DNA of 64,000 nt, from assembly GCF_009914755.1 (NCBI RefSeq), contig NC_060943.1. One strand, 5' to 3'. The stretch is from the human T2T-CHM13v2.0 reference genome, Homo sapiens. A model generated the notes under the pieces. It ran no database searches. It was given only the letters and a program-made list of their open reading frames with translations, and was not told the DNA's origin. Made by a program: the position numbers and the translations under genes. Within the stretch, counting starts at the first letter, position 1; each line of letters begins with the position of its first letter. Positions 13,390 through 27,900 of this stretch are shown one piece after another.

Positions 13390-13550
13390 ATGTGTCTGTT
13401 TACTTGTTCATAATCTGCATCTCCTCCTAGGTCCAAGTGCATGAGTCCCGGTGCCTGACTGTCCCCTTCACAGCTGCACTCACAGTGCTGAGCACAAGCT
13501 CTAGCAGAGCACTGACGTTTCGCAAACATCCGTGGAATGAATGTATTAAT
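13390..13550 (+). mobile_element. L2 3' end fragment
   Basis: TGTTTACTTGTT..TCTCCTCCTAGG..GGAATGAATG terminus. Confidence 0.55.
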
Positions 13551-13611
13551 TCTGACTCAAAATAATTTTTTTCCCTCCCCCTTTCTAGAGTCTTCTAAAT
13601 TTTCTTTTTCC

Positions 13612-14012
13612 ATGTCCATCAAAATGTGAATGGCTTAACCAGCTGTGGTCTAACTGTAAAATGTCTATTACTCAGTGATAAAAAATAAGCCACGAATACA
13701 CACAATACCACATATGAGTCTCAAAACAATGGGTTGAGCCATATAAGCCAGCTTCCAAGGAGTCTACGCTGTAGGATCTAATGCATATGGAGTTGCAGAG
13801 CAGGGAAGGCTAAGCTATGGTGAGAGAAATCAGAACAGAGCATGCTTGCTTCTGGAGAGAATCTCCCCAAAAAGAGGCATGAAGGAACACTCCGGGGTCA
13901 TGGAAAAGTCATAGAGCTTGATCAGGCTGATGTTTGCATGAATGTTATGCATGAAACTATACACCTAAGAGCTGTGCATGCATCCTATGTTAATTATGTC
14001 TTAATTTTTAAA
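13612..14012 (+). mobile_element. L1ME/MC-type 3' fragment
   Basis: GTCCATCAAAATGTGAATGG, CTAAGCTATGGTGAGAGAAATCAGAACAG, ACTATACACCTAAGA. Confidence 0.7.
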
Positions 14013-15639
14013 ATCTTAGTAACACATTTTTTTTCTAGTTCATTGGCAATGGAAGGAGGAAACTCAGAATATGAATACAGTTGAGAGGCCCTGGAATTCC
14101 TGTTTCCATATCACTACCTCCCTCCACAGATTCAGGGAACAGTGCTACTAAGCAGCAGGGTTGACAGATGTTCTCGCAACTCCCCTCTGCCCTGATGCAT
14201 TTTCCTACCTGGTTTCACCCCACCCCTGGGGGCTGTAACAGGTCTCTCTCATGCACAGGTGATGAAAGCAGGGGTTCCTTCATTGCAAGCACGCTGTCTT
14301 GGATGCAGGGAAGCACCCAGCTCTCTGCCAGAAGCTGTGAATAACACTCTTAACAGTCCATGCAAATGCTGTGGTCTATGTCTGCATGCCCAGCTGGTCT
14401 GCTGATCAATTTTTACTTCTCAAATTGGGTCAGTGAAAAAGGACAGCGCTTTCTGTTCCTGCGATCTAAATTCTCAATGTGATCTAAATTCTATTAACAC
14501 TGGGGAACCTGAAAATTCCAAAGCAAGCCTTTAGCCTCACTGGGGCCACCTTTCAGAAAGGCCCATTGACCTATTTTCTTTTTAAACTTTCCCTTTCTTT
14601 TAATTAAAAGGCTCAAATTTCCTAGATGTTAATCAAAGATTAGCTTGAGAATTAAAATGCTGTGCATCACTCAGAAAAAGAACCAAGTCGAATGGTGAAC
14701 AACACTCCTCTCCTAATCAGTCCTGAACCACCTCGGAAGGACCTTCTATGCAATTTCCTCGTGTCTGTGAGAGGAACCAAGACAAGTGGGAAGGCCTCCT
14801 GCTATTGTGCTCTGGTGGGGAGATGAGCTGTGGATCTGGGGCAGCCTTTGGGGATTCTCTGTTGTCTTCCTGTAAGAATTGGATCTTCTCCTCTGACTGC
14901 ACCTGAGAAGTCCTGATTTTCTCATCCTGACTTTTCTTCTCTTTTCCTTTACTCATGGGTAATGGGTCCATATTCGACCAAAGGGTCTAGGCATCGCAGC
15001 TGGCCTTGAGCTTCCTGGTCCACTGTTTTTGATTGGCTCCTGGGGTGCATTGGAGACCTGCAGGTGTCTGAACTGCCAAAGTGAGTCCTACACCTGGGAC
15101 AAACGCTCTTGGTCTGTCCAGAGCTGTCCCTTCCACAAATCTGTGTCTCTTGTTGTCCCTCAGGTTCACCTAGGACAGCCTAGGTCATGTCTCAAGGATG
15201 TTGAATGGTAAACAACACAGCCCCCCCGGGCAGTGCAGGCCTCTGAGAACCACTTTCATTGCATGCAATGTAGGGACATTATCAGGTAAGAGACGAGATG
15301 CTGCCTCCAGCCAGAGGCAGAGGATGTCAGGGACAGTGTGTCCCGCAAGAGTGAAACTCAGGCTGCATCCTCAAGGGAGGGATAGTTTCAGGTGGAGGAG
15401 GATATTCTGGGCTCCGCGGGCAAAGGAATATTGTCTGATGAGAGAATAAGAGCTGTTTTCTGAAGAGCAGTTCTTCCCTGAAATTCAGACATTCCCATGC
15501 TGGCTTCACGTGTGTTGCCATTTCATGTCCCCTCTGAGCACATATGGCCTCCCCAAAGCTTGCTGCAGTTGGGGCAGACAAGAGAGACACACGGAAAGCT
15601 GTGGGCGGCAACAGCCACCAAGCACATCAGGGAAGAGCA

Positions 15640-15780
15640 TCAGGCGGTTCCACTGCACGTCTCAGGTCTGCCCACTGCTCCGTCTCTGTGCCCCATCTGT
15701 AAATGGGGTGTGTGGGGTTGGACTCAGGGAGTTGTTGTGAAGGCTAATGAGGCCCATTGCACCCTGTCCCTTGACATGTT
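15640..15780. mobile_element. MIR fragment
   Basis: CCCCATCTGTAAATGGGG..GTTGTTGTGAAGGCTAATGAG. Confidence 0.6.
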
Positions 15781-15898
15781 GTAAAGGCTGAATGCATGAT
15801 AGCTATCATTAATCGTTTTCTAGGTTAGAATCAAAGGATAAGAATATTTGTCTTAAATAAAAAGCCACCAAAGGGTGACTTTTAAAGAACAAGAAACA

Positions 15899-16190
<292 letters not shown>

Positions 16191-16819
16191 TAAGAAACAT
16201 CAAAAAGTCACAGAATCATATAACCAGGCCACTCCAGTCCCTGTTTTCTTTTCTGTCGCCCAGACCTGTCCTCAGTCAGCTCTGCCTTATCCCGACCGCT
16301 GAGTCTTACCTGCCCTCTCTCAGAGTGCAGTGTCCTCTGCTGAGCCCGTTTCAGTCAAAGTCACCTTTAAGGAAGTTTGTGTTTTAAAATGGACCCGAGA
16401 TCAATGCCCCAACTGCAATACTGTTTCCACCACAGTGTAGTTTAGTACATGCCCCTCGGAGACCTCAGCTTTCACTGCTCCCCCACTCCCATGTCACCAG
16501 GGGCGAGGCTGGCCTTCTGGAGTCTGCAGCTCTGTGAGTCCCCAACAGGGTGGGGCTTATTTAGCGATGGCATCAGGCTGCAATGTAGGCTGAAACACAC
16601 CTACCACACACTGCGTGTGCAGAATGCTTTCACACGCATTAATTAGTATGCGAGCTCTCCTCTGCCCTGGAGATGAAGGGTTTTTTTTAGGAATGTATCT
16701 CATTTTGCTTTATTAGGTAATAAATTCTTTAAGACTGGGGACTTGGTCTTATCCTTATGATCCCTCACAATACCTAAGTGTCCCTTGTGCATTTTAGATA
16801 GTCAATCTGTCAATATATA

Positions 16820-17127
<308 letters not shown>

Positions 17128-17425
17128 TTATTTATTTTACTTTATTTTTCCATAAGTTACTGGGGTACAGGTGGTATTTGGTTAAATGAGTAAGTTCTTT
17201 AATGGTGATTTGTGAGATTCTGGTGCACCCATCACCCGAGCAGTATACACTGCACCATATCTGTTGTCTTTTATCCCTCACCCCCTTCTCACTTTTCCTC
17301 CCAAGTCCCAAAGTCCACTGTGTCATCCTTACACCTTTATGGCCTTATAGCTTAGCTCCCACATATCAGTGAGAACATATGATGTTTGGTTTTCTATTCC
17401 TAAGTTACTTCACTTAGAGTATTAG
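17128..17425 (-). mobile_element. L1PB-type 3' end
   Basis: CCATAAGTTACTGGGGTACAGGTGGTATTTGGTT..GGTGCACCCATCACCCGAGCAGTATACACTGCACC. Confidence 0.85.
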
Positions 17426-17912
17426 TGGAAACAAAGTTATCTGTGTGACATTTTGTTTCACTGCTCATCCTCCTCCCCTCAATTAGACTGTAGGTTCTGG
17501 GAGGTCAGGGATTGCATGGGCCTCAGTTCTTACCACATCTCTGACCCTGGCATAGTGCCCGGCATACAGCTAGTGATCAAGAAGTAGTAAATGGAAAAAT
17601 AAATAGTCACATTCAATAGATATGAATATCCAGTCTTCTCTTGAGTCTGAAAACCAAGTGGAGCTTTCATGCCCCAGGGTGTTGACACCTCGCTGATTCC
17701 TGCCCTTGCAAGTCTCCCAGGAAAGCTAAGGTTCCCACTGCCCTGTGTCCATAAGTTGTCTTGTGTCTGTCTCTGCTATCACACTGGATACTGGAACTGT
17801 CTCCCATACTAGGCCCAGGGCTGCTGGGGGACAGGGGCTTTGTCTGCATGTCACCTGAGCCATACAGTGGGTGACCCTAGCAGTTATCAATAAACACTTG
17901 TTTCAAAATTAC

Positions 17913-18236
<324 letters not shown>

Positions 18237-18245
18237 TTAGTCTTA

Positions 18246-18545
18246 TCCTGGTCACGGTGGCTCATGTCTGTAATCCCAGCACTTTAGGAGGTGGAGGCAG
18301 GAGGATATCTTGAGGCCAGGAGTTTGAGACCAGCCTGGGCAACATAGTGAAACCCTGTTTCTAAAAAAAATAAAAAATAATAAATTAGCCAGGTATGGTG
18401 ATATGAGCCTGTGCAGCTACTCAGGAGGCTGAGGTGGGAGGATCACTGGATCCCAGGTGGTCGAGGCTGCAGTGAGCTAGGATCAAGTCGCTGCACTCCA
18501 GCCTCAGAGACAGAGCAAGACCTTGTCTCCAAAACAACAAAAACA
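18246..18545 (+). mobile_element. AluJ SINE (tandem to the previous Alu)
   Basis: GGAGGATATCTTGAGGCCAGGAGTT, GAGGATCACTGGATCCCAGG. Confidence 0.92.
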
Positions 18546-20948
18546 GTTCATCTCATCTTTTTCCCTACCCACCCTGCTAACATTGTGGACCTGGAAATGG
18601 GCTTAAATTCTGATCTACCATCAAGGTCACAAAGGACCTGAATTTCGTTTGCCAGCCTTCCTCACTGCTGCCTTTAGAGAAGGCATCCAGGCATCCTTCA
18701 TTCTAGGGGACTTCACGCCATCAGCACTGTGGGAACACCCTCAGGAAAGGGGAGCAGAGGCCTCAAGGGGTTTTTTCTGCTCTGTCATTCCTCTGCTGTC
18801 AGATGGAGCTCGTTTCCAGCCTAGTCCACTCTAGGCCTCTCCTTGGACTACACAGAGAGACATCAAGATGAGAGCTGGCCCCAAATGGGGTTGAATGTTG
18901 TGTGTGCTTAACTTTTTGTGTAACTGGCCAACATGACATGTCTAACTATACAAATGGAAATTTTATGATGATAAGATCAGTAGTTACTGAGATATTTATG
19001 TGACAAGCTGACAGATATAAAACTACAAAGCTTGCTTTTATGCCTCCCATCTTTTCAGAGGAAAAATATAAATACCGAGATGAGGGGTCACTTTGAGGAG
19101 AATTTATGATCTAAATTACCTAATACCTGGTGAACTTCTAATATGCATGATGAAGTCTGTCTATGGTATTAAAAAGATAAACTTCATGTCCCAAGACTGT
19201 AGCAAATAAATTCATCCTGAAGAGGGATCCAAGTATCTCATCTTCTCCTACCCCAGGTAAAAACCCGAAAACCCTGCCCTGGAGGAAGGGATTTTCACCA
19301 GGTTGCATTGCACAAGCATCTTCCCAGCCTGGGTCAGGATGGCCTCACGTGGTCATCAAACATTAATCCATTCTTTGGAGAGAAATCTAAGTCCTGAAAT
19401 AATTGTGTGTTGATAAAATATAGCAATAAAATACAACATTCCCTTGCCACTGCGGAGTGCACGTCAACCAAGAAAAACAGCAGAGGAAGCTGCGGGACAC
19501 GTTGTGGGCACTGCGGCTGTGGCTGCTGCCAGATCTGTCCTTCAGTCCAGGTGACAACTGGCAATGCAACACCTCACCTGCGCACCTGGGGTCAGCCTTC
19601 TCTCCATGCCTGGCTGCTGCCACTTTTCCTGCTCTGATGGGCATGGGAGTTGCCAGGCTGACACTGGTGGTGTCTGGGATAAGCCCTTGGCAGCTGGACA
19701 ACCTGGGCTTTCTTGTTGACTCGGTGCCCCTTGTTACCACTTCTGAGGAGTGCAGCCAAGCCCCGGTGCCATGAGTGTACCTCTGTGCCAAGCCATGACC
19801 TGGCACTCTGCAAGCCTAACTTCCTTTCACACTCACAGGTGCTTTGCAAGCGGAGGCACCACTCATCATCCTCATCACCAGACAATAACGAGAGCCTGGG
19901 AGGAAGGTGAGGGAGCCCTGTGCTCTGCCCTGTCGGTGGTTGGGAAGGCTGAATGAAGCATCATGCTTTGAGTCACTAAATGTCACCTTCTCATGCTACT
20001 TACTCAAGATTGCACAGTCCTGATGGGGCTGGTGTTTAAAACCCAGTCTCCCTATATGCACAACCTCAAACCCTGGCTGTCTGGGGAACAGGAATAGATT
20101 AGAGGTGGACGAGACAGCAAGTTTCTCTCTTGTTTTGTAGTTGCTCCTTTACAATAGTGTCTCTTCCAGGGAATCATGGAGTGTCAGAGCTGAGTGGGCT
20201 CATTGCTAGACAGAGACATGGAACTCCAGAGAAGAGGGGGGCTTCTCCGAGGCCACACAGCAAGATGGTCTGCAAGGGAGGCCGAAAGCCCAGCTCCCTT
20301 CAGGCCCTAGACCAACTTTCCACTCTGCCTCCTCCTGCCTTCTTTGAATTTTATATTTCACTTCGTTAATGCCCTGCCTCTGCCCAGCGCGTTGTCATGG
20401 TTTGATTATTTTAGGGGTGTTTGCAGGGCACTAACCTTTCCCCTCAGTGTGTTTGTGAATTCATTGTGTAAGCCTGTGTGTGAGTGTGAGCTGCGTATCA
20501 AACCCAAATTAAACTCTTTTACTGTATTTTATCCTATCGATCTTCTGTGTACTCCTCAGCACCGTCTCATTTAAATAAAACTTCCATTTGTAACAATCCT
20601 ATAAATAGAAAGTCTTATTGATCAGGGCCCCACCGGCAGGCTGCACTTTGGTTATCACTGAAGCCTGACCGGTTAATGCGAGGGATACTATTTATTATGC
20701 AGCAAGACACAAGGCAAGGCCGTGCCATTTAGATCTCTAAACAGAAGCGTGCTCAGCTCCAGCAAGAAGATCCAATGGGGCTGTCCTTGGGATCACAATT
20801 TGCTCTTCATTCGCCATTTCCCAACCCCAGATGCTCAACAGGGTTGGCCTTGTTGGAGACATACTTGCCCCAGCCTGCATGGGAGAAGTCAATTATTCAC
20901 CACGGCAATGAAGATGTTAGTTCAGGAACATTACAAAAGCTGGGTTCT

Positions 20949-21239
<291 letters not shown>

Positions 21240-22283
21240 CCTGGGTTCTTCTCCACTTGGAGGTCATGCTGGGGAAATGTGAGTGGGCTTGTGGTCAACC
21301 AGAAATGTTAAACTAACCACATTGAAGTGTCAAGATTCTCAGCAGTACTAAATACTCACTATGAGCAGGACATGGTTACCTAGGAGTGGAATTTCTTTCT
21401 GTTGGAAGCTGTGCTTTAGATCATGCAGCTATTGCTTTGCTGAATAAGCCACTAACCATTGTTGTCATCATTCTGCTGGGCCTTTCTTAGAAATTGCCAA
21501 TAACGCCAACCAGTGTTCCCAAAAGGTTTGCAATCAAACGGCTTCCCCCAAATCCGTGGAAGCCAGGCATAAGTGGAATGCTGGGCTACTCATGGAAATA
21601 AGGTCACATTTATGCTACAAGTGGAGAAATTTGGCCCAAACCCCTTGCTTGCTCCCAGGTGCCCTGCTCCCTAGCCAGGCTGAAACTTCCTGCTGGGGCT
21701 TGCCTGTGTCTGAGGCTCCATGCTGGGTCTGCTGACGGATGGACCTGTGGATACTGAACACCGTAGCCAACAACCTGAATGCTGGATGTGCTGGAAACTC
21801 ACTTCCACCAGAATGCTGCAGAGACCCATCAGAGAAGCTGGTCTCTCATTCCAGACCCCAAAGCCTCCAGGACTGCTGGTTTCCTGTGCCCCATCTGCCA
21901 ATATTGGATAGGAAGCCACCTTTCAAGTCCACATGGCACAGCAGGAGCTAGAGTGTAACGTTCCTTGGTTTTGTCTTTGGTTTTGTGGATCTCCCCTTGT
22001 GTCCTTAGCTGTCTGTCCCTATTTACAGCAAAGAGAAGGTGATCATGTTAAGGAGCCAGTCCAGTGTCCCCTGCCACTGGGCACTTATGTTTTCCATTAG
22101 ATCTCTCCTCTGAACAGAATGCTTGACAGGTATCTCCGGACACACTAGGGTGAGGGCTTGTTTACTTGCTACATGGCTTCAGGGTAACTGGGAAAAGACC
22201 TGCCATCAGACATGGGGGCCCTGACATGCCAGTATCAACAGGAAACATCCCTGGGCCATTGGTGTCACACAGTAGCCCAGGTT

Positions 22284-22317
<34 letters not shown>

Positions 22318-22323
22318 CACACA
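22284..22323. repeat. (CA)n microsatellite
   Basis: ~20 CA units with one interruption. Confidence 0.95.
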
Positions 22324-23864
22324 GCTATAAGCAAGAGTATCTCTTTCTGTGCACAGTGCGGTCTACTGCTAGATCAGAAAAAATAAGCACAAGGACACTT
22401 CTTTCCAAAGCATCAACATGGCCTACAGAAACTAAGCGGTCTGAACACTCAGCCTAAAACATCTGTTTCCTCGGGTTTATCCAGGAACAACAGTTAGAAC
22501 TTTCATGGGTACTTGTTCTATATCAGAGTAACTAACACGTTCATTCAGAGAGGTGTCCCAGGAAAGAGAAAATATGTATCAATGAAGTAATCGCATCTCC
22601 TTTGTAACTAGTTGAAGGCAAAAATAATGGTTTTTCCAGTTACTTCTGGGTCTGTGGAAGTTAAAAAATCACTCGGCCCAAGTTCCTGTGGGGACACTCG
22701 GCTTCCAAAGTGATCTCTAAACTCTCATTTATGGTCCTCTCTCATTAGGCCAGATGCTGAACTTGCTCATCTGTTACACTGCAATCTGGGTCTTCATAAG
22801 GTCTTTTTTACTGTTAAATTTTAATAACTTGTGTTATAGGTAGGATAGAAACAATATCTTAGTGGCATTTAAAAGCAAATCTATTAAATTTGAGGGTAAC
22901 GGCATTACATGGCTAGAAACATTATCATTTCAATCTTGCGGGGGAAAATGGCTACCATACGAGCGAAGGAAAATTCTGTACTTTGGAAAACACAATCCAA
23001 GTCTAATATCATTTGTGAGAAGGAAATTCTTTGCTCATTACCAGGGAGATTGTTTTTATCTTACCTAGAACTAAAGTTATTAAAGTTTGAGAACTGTAAA
23101 ATGCTTAATGAGAAACTGCAGAATAAATTAGAGCAGCCAGGACCTGCGCTGGTATTTGCCGATGATAAACTTCAAATCTCGATTGTGGGATAGTGCCTTG
23201 GCTTACCCAGAGCCCCCCTTGTGAGTGTACAATGACTAAATGGTTAAACGGAGCAGTAAAATATTAAGTAGGTAACCATGGAAACCATGATGCTGTCCAG
23301 TGTGGGGACATACCGGGGAGCATTTCCTGTTGGATTCAAGGGAGGCGTTGATATTCCTGCCAAAAGCCAGGGCAGCTTGACCCATCTTCTGGACTTGCTT
23401 CACTATCCTGCCCCTGTATAGACCCTGCATGCGATGAAGAGGAGAATGTTCTGGCAGGCACAGAAAGAGACGCAGCAGCTTGCACACGAGACAAGCAAAG
23501 AGAGGCACAAATGACTAGCTGCAGAATATTGCCACCTGCCAGGAGTGTCCACCGGGCCCCCCAAATCACACAGCTGAGGAGGTTCAATTGCAGCTCTGGG
23601 CATCTACAAACTGTAACAAAAGTGCCAATATGATTAGCCAAGGAGAGGCTGGCTCTTTGCTTCTTTAGGGGAGGGGAGGTGGAATTGTTCACTAATCTCC
23701 TCTGCACTGGGCCCAAGGACTGTTCCATCTGGTGTTAGCTCCTTGGGACCGTGAACTGTGTGGTCTACTTGCCACTGCACATGATAGGTTACCTTCTACT
23801 AAAATGTCCCTTGTCCTCCCGGAGTCCCACTTTAAAGCACCTCCTGAACACTGCTGTAGATCAC

Positions 23865-24150
23865 TGGTTAGACCAACCTGAAGAGCATTTTAAAAAATAT
23901 TCATGGCCAAGAGCCACACTGGGAGACTCCCATTTTATTAGTTTGGAGAGAAGATGGATATCCATGTGTTTTAAAGGCTCCTTGGCACAAGCCAAGGGCT
24001 CTGGCTGAGAACCATGAACTCTGACCAGTTGTTCATAATCTTTACTGCACATGGGGCTCACCTGGGGAGCTTTAAAACTACTGATGTGATGCACGAGTCC
24101 CACCCCCAGGAATGCTGCTATGATTGTTCTAGGGTGTGCAATCGGGACTG
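23865..24150. mobile_element. Two MER5-type (hAT-Charlie) fragments
   Basis: GCTGAGAACCA terminus; CAGTTGTTC..CACCTGGGGAGCTTTAAAACTACTGATG..CCCACCCCCAG. Confidence 0.6.
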
Positions 24151-24479
24151 AGACCCATTCCTGCCTTGGAGGGTGGGCCCTGAGCCAGTCTCAACATTCA
24201 GGGAAGAAAGAACAGAGAGTGCCTCAGTGTCTCTGGGTAAAGTGCAGGGTGTTGCAATTGCAGAGAGGGGATGCTGGTTGGTTGCAAACAGGCACTTGGA
24301 CCTGTGAGGTTTCCTCAGGGCTCTTGCAGACTCTTGGAGTGGTTTGCATGCACTTGGTAAGAGTATTAAAGCACCAAGGGGTCATATAGATTCCCACCCG
24401 TGTTTCCCAAAGTCCCAGAGTAGAGAAAAGGAGTTACTGACTGCTTTCTGCACTTTCTGTGGGCACAGAAGCTGAGAGG

Positions 24480-24760
24480 GGCTGGAGTCCTAGTGGGGGA
24501 TGGATGAGTGTTAAGGTTGGAAAGGTGTTTGAGGATCAGGAGTGAAGAACCTTGAATGTCAGGGTAGAGGGATCTGGCTCTTATTCTATAGGCAATGGTG
24601 CATCTTGGAAGGATTTGGGGCACATCAGTTTGGGACATAGGGAGGGGAATGTGCTCAGAGCTGAGTTTAGGAAAATTAATTTGCAGGGATAAGACTTGAG
24701 GAAGACACTAGAACGAAGAGATGTTGACTAGAAGCAGTTATAACGGGTCAAGAAAGGGGT
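24480..24760 (-). mobile_element. L2 fragment
   Basis: CCTTGAATGTCAGG..TTATTCTATAGGCAATGG..TTTAGGAAAATTAAT. Confidence 0.55.
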
Positions 24761-25130
24761 GATGTTTGTCATCCTTTCCTTAGAAAGACCAAGAATATAC
24801 ACTTGGTGTTGTTCAGGGTCTATGATCCCTCCCAGATCTCACTTGGTATGAAGGATGGAATTCTGTTCAGACAAAGGACTTGTTCAGGCCAAAGAGCCAA
24901 ACTGGTCCCACAGGCGTGTGAATCAGGCTGTTTGAGAAGGACTTTCTGAATGGTGTTTCTTATGGAAAACTGGAAAACACACTTGCCAGCAAGTATTCCA
25001 ATTCAAAATACTAAATTCTGAGTCAGCCTGATACCTCCCCCTGGGTGCATTTGAGCTCCAACTTAGAGATGGGCACTGCATTGGGTGACTCCAGTTCTCT
25101 TGCTACCCGCTCCTACTCCTTGACAGAAGG

Positions 25131-25859
25131 TGATATGGTTTGGATCTGCCTTCCAACCCAAATCTCATGTAGAATTGTAATACTCAGTGTTGGAGTTGGG
25201 GCCTGGTGGGTGGTGAGTGGCTCATGGGGGCAGCAGTTTCTCATGAATGGTTTAGTACCACCTCCCCACTGCCCTTGGTACTGTATAGTGAGTAAGTTAT
25301 CTCAAGATCTGGTTGATTTTTTTTTTTTTTTTTGAGATGAAGTCTCACTCTATCGCCCAGGCTGGAGTGAGGTGGCATGATCTTGGCTCACTGCAACCTC
25401 TGCCTCGCGGGTTCAAGCCAATTCTCCTGCCTCAGCCTCCCGAGTAGCTGGGACTACAGGCAAGCGTCACCAAGCCTGGCTAATTTTTGTATATTTTTTA
25501 GTAGATACAGGGTTTCACCATATTGGCCAGGCTGGTCTCATACTCTTGACCTCATGATCCACCTGCCTCGGCCTCCCAAAGTGCTGGGATTACAGGTGTA
25601 AGCCAATGCACCTAGTCGATCTGGTTGTTTAAAAGCCTGTAACACCCCTCACCCCTCTCTCTTCCTCTGGCTCCCGCTATGTGAAATACCTCTCTCCCTT
25701 TTTCCTTCTGCCATGATTGTAAGCTCCCTGAGGCCCCTTGATGGGTGCTTCCATGCTTCCTGTACAGACTGAAGGACCATGAGCCTATTAAACCTCTTTT
25801 CTTATAAATTACACAGGGTTGGGTATTTCTTTATAGCAATGTGAGAATAGACTAATACA
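25131..25859 (+). mobile_element. MST(A)-type MaLR solo LTR, interrupted by an Alu
   Basis: TGATATGGTTTGGATCTG..CCCAAATCTCATG; ends TTCTTTATAGCAATGTGAGAATAGACTAATACA; TSD GAAGG/GGAGG. Confidence 0.9.
25317..25617 (-). mobile_element. AluS nested in the MST LTR
   Basis: TSD GATCTGGTTG at 25306-25315 and 25618-25627. Confidence 0.95.
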
Positions 25860-27189
25860 GGAGGCATCTTCCTCCTAGTATTTTGTGTCTTTCATCTTGT
25901 TCTCTCCATATACGGAGTGGTGTGGGGAAAACCCGCAACGAGGTAACGATGGGTGGAGAAGAAGGTGCCAAGAGAGGCTTCAGATCTCTTAGCCACTCAA
26001 CCAACTCTGTCCACTGATGGCTTGGATGAGCTGGGCCCTAGCAAGCTCAGGACCAGCCCAGGGAGACTTCCCTGCACCCCTCCCTCCACCACGCAGAAAG
26101 TGTAGGCCCTCACCTTCCACCCCTGGCAACCCCTTATGTCCCCCTTCTGCTTACAAGCATGCAATTACTCACAACTCCAAGCCCAAGAGGGGGTTGGGGA
26201 GGGGAACAGCTCTACTTGCAAATTACTGAAGATTGATTTGCATCACTTTCCTTTAATTATGTAAGAATGTGTTAGAAATTATTAGGTAAAAATTTGATGT
26301 AACTCTTCTTCAATTAAACACAGTGATGGAGGCAAAATCTCTATTAGTGTGCAAATTCCTTGGGAGAGCATCTTCTCCGCACAGCGGAATGTCTATTAGC
26401 TTTCTGCCAAAATAAAGGTCACCAGACGGGAGCCTTCCCCATCACACTCTTACTTCCATGGACATGCAGTGTAATCAGGCAAGATGTGTCACACTCAGGA
26501 AACCAATGGTGCCATTATACTGAATATACCCAGTGCATTACAACCTGGTCCCCTGTTCCCTAAAGGTGCTCAGAATCTCATAGATCCTGGAGACTGGCTT
26601 AAGAGAGGGGAGGACAGATGTTTAGTTCCAAGAGCTGGAGTTTATCCTTCCTATTGTCCTGATTAAAGGAAGAGGCAAATAATCCCAGTGCCTCTTGAAC
26701 CACCCCAAGTACAAGAAGCTCACTGTGGGTGATGTAAGCTGCAAAGAATATTTAGAGGGAGAGGGAGAGAGAGAGAGAGAGAGCCTCAATCCACAAACTC
26801 AGAGTGCAAGAATGCAACCTTCTTCATTTTTCTGCAAAAACTTAATGCTTACTTTGAGTCTTCATTCTGTTGTGTGACAAATTAATATCAGATTGTTTTC
26901 AGTTCTTGTCCAGGATTGGTGTAAGTTTCAGAAATTTATTATGCACAGCTAAGTGGCTGACAGAAGGAGGAAGGGTTCAGTGCTTGGTCTTCAGTCCATG
27001 CTGGCATCCACCAAAAAGTGCATGGTTCTGCCTGATTCTTGGTTATTGATTTCAGCAGGCCACAGCTTGCAGCATCTCACTTATCACAACAGAAAATAGG
27101 ATCTGAGACATATTTGCAAATGGGTATTTCTAAGAGAAAAAAACAAACACATACACACAACCGTGGGTACAAGACACCTTTGGACTCAG

Positions 27190-27680
27190 CTAGCCCAGCA
27201 TCTATTATCCTTAATTCTGGTAAGATCACACTGATTTTCTTTTGGGAGACTAGCCCTTCTCAACTCTCAGTCTAGATTATTTGAGTGAAATTGACTCTCT
27301 ATCTTAGGTCTAGAAGGGGAGACGTGACTTAGCCAACCGGCCCGTTTTGTCACCCTAGAACTTCAGGATTGTCCATGGAGGGTCTGCCCCTGGAACTTGG
27401 CTAGAATGGCTTTGGAAGAAGCACTGTTTCCTGGGGAGATCACTAAACTGGAAGGCTCAAGCTGGGAATGGCTGGTGGCAATCTGCCACAGGCTGGAGAC
27501 AACTTGCCTGAGAAAGAAAGCAATGTGGAAGACTACAGAGCTGCGAGATGGAAAGAGACGGGGTTCTCAAGGCATTGTTGAAGCCATCCATACCCAAACA
27601 CTTTTCAGTTACTTGAATTGGTAATTTCCCTTCTCTGTTCAGGCTAGTTTGAGCTGGGCTTCTGTTGCATGTAACCAGAA
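27190..27680 (+). mobile_element. LTR16/LTR33-like ERVL LTR
   Basis: 3' motif CAGGCTAGTTTGAGCTGGGCTTCTGTTGCATGTAACC; GTGACTTAGCCAA. Confidence 0.55.
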
Positions 27681-27744
27681 AAAAATATAAGTAGAACACT
27701 ACAAATCTAAAAGTGAAAATCATTCCAGCTCAAGAATGACTTAT

Positions 27745-27900
27745 GGACAGGATAGATCCAGGTATGGAGGGGCCTGAAACTGGTCCAATTTTAAGAAAAA
27801 TAATACAACTTTAAAAATACAAAAACAGGCACAGAGCCTGGGAAGGGGCGCATGCAAATGGGACCCATGGAATTTAAGCTCCTTTAGCTTCATTGCAATT
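27745..27900. mobile_element. MER53-like DNA transposon relic
   Basis: GATCCAGGTATGGAGGGGCCTGAA..TTTAAGAAAAATAATACAA..TTAAGCTCCTTTAGCTTCA. Confidence 0.45.

Noticed and set aside
19407-19637. Cys-rich CGTRCGHCGCGCCQIC peptide (metallothionein/KRTAP-like)
   Set aside because: TTG start, short patch arising from TGC/GGC-rich DNA, no family architecture and no pseudogene hallmarks
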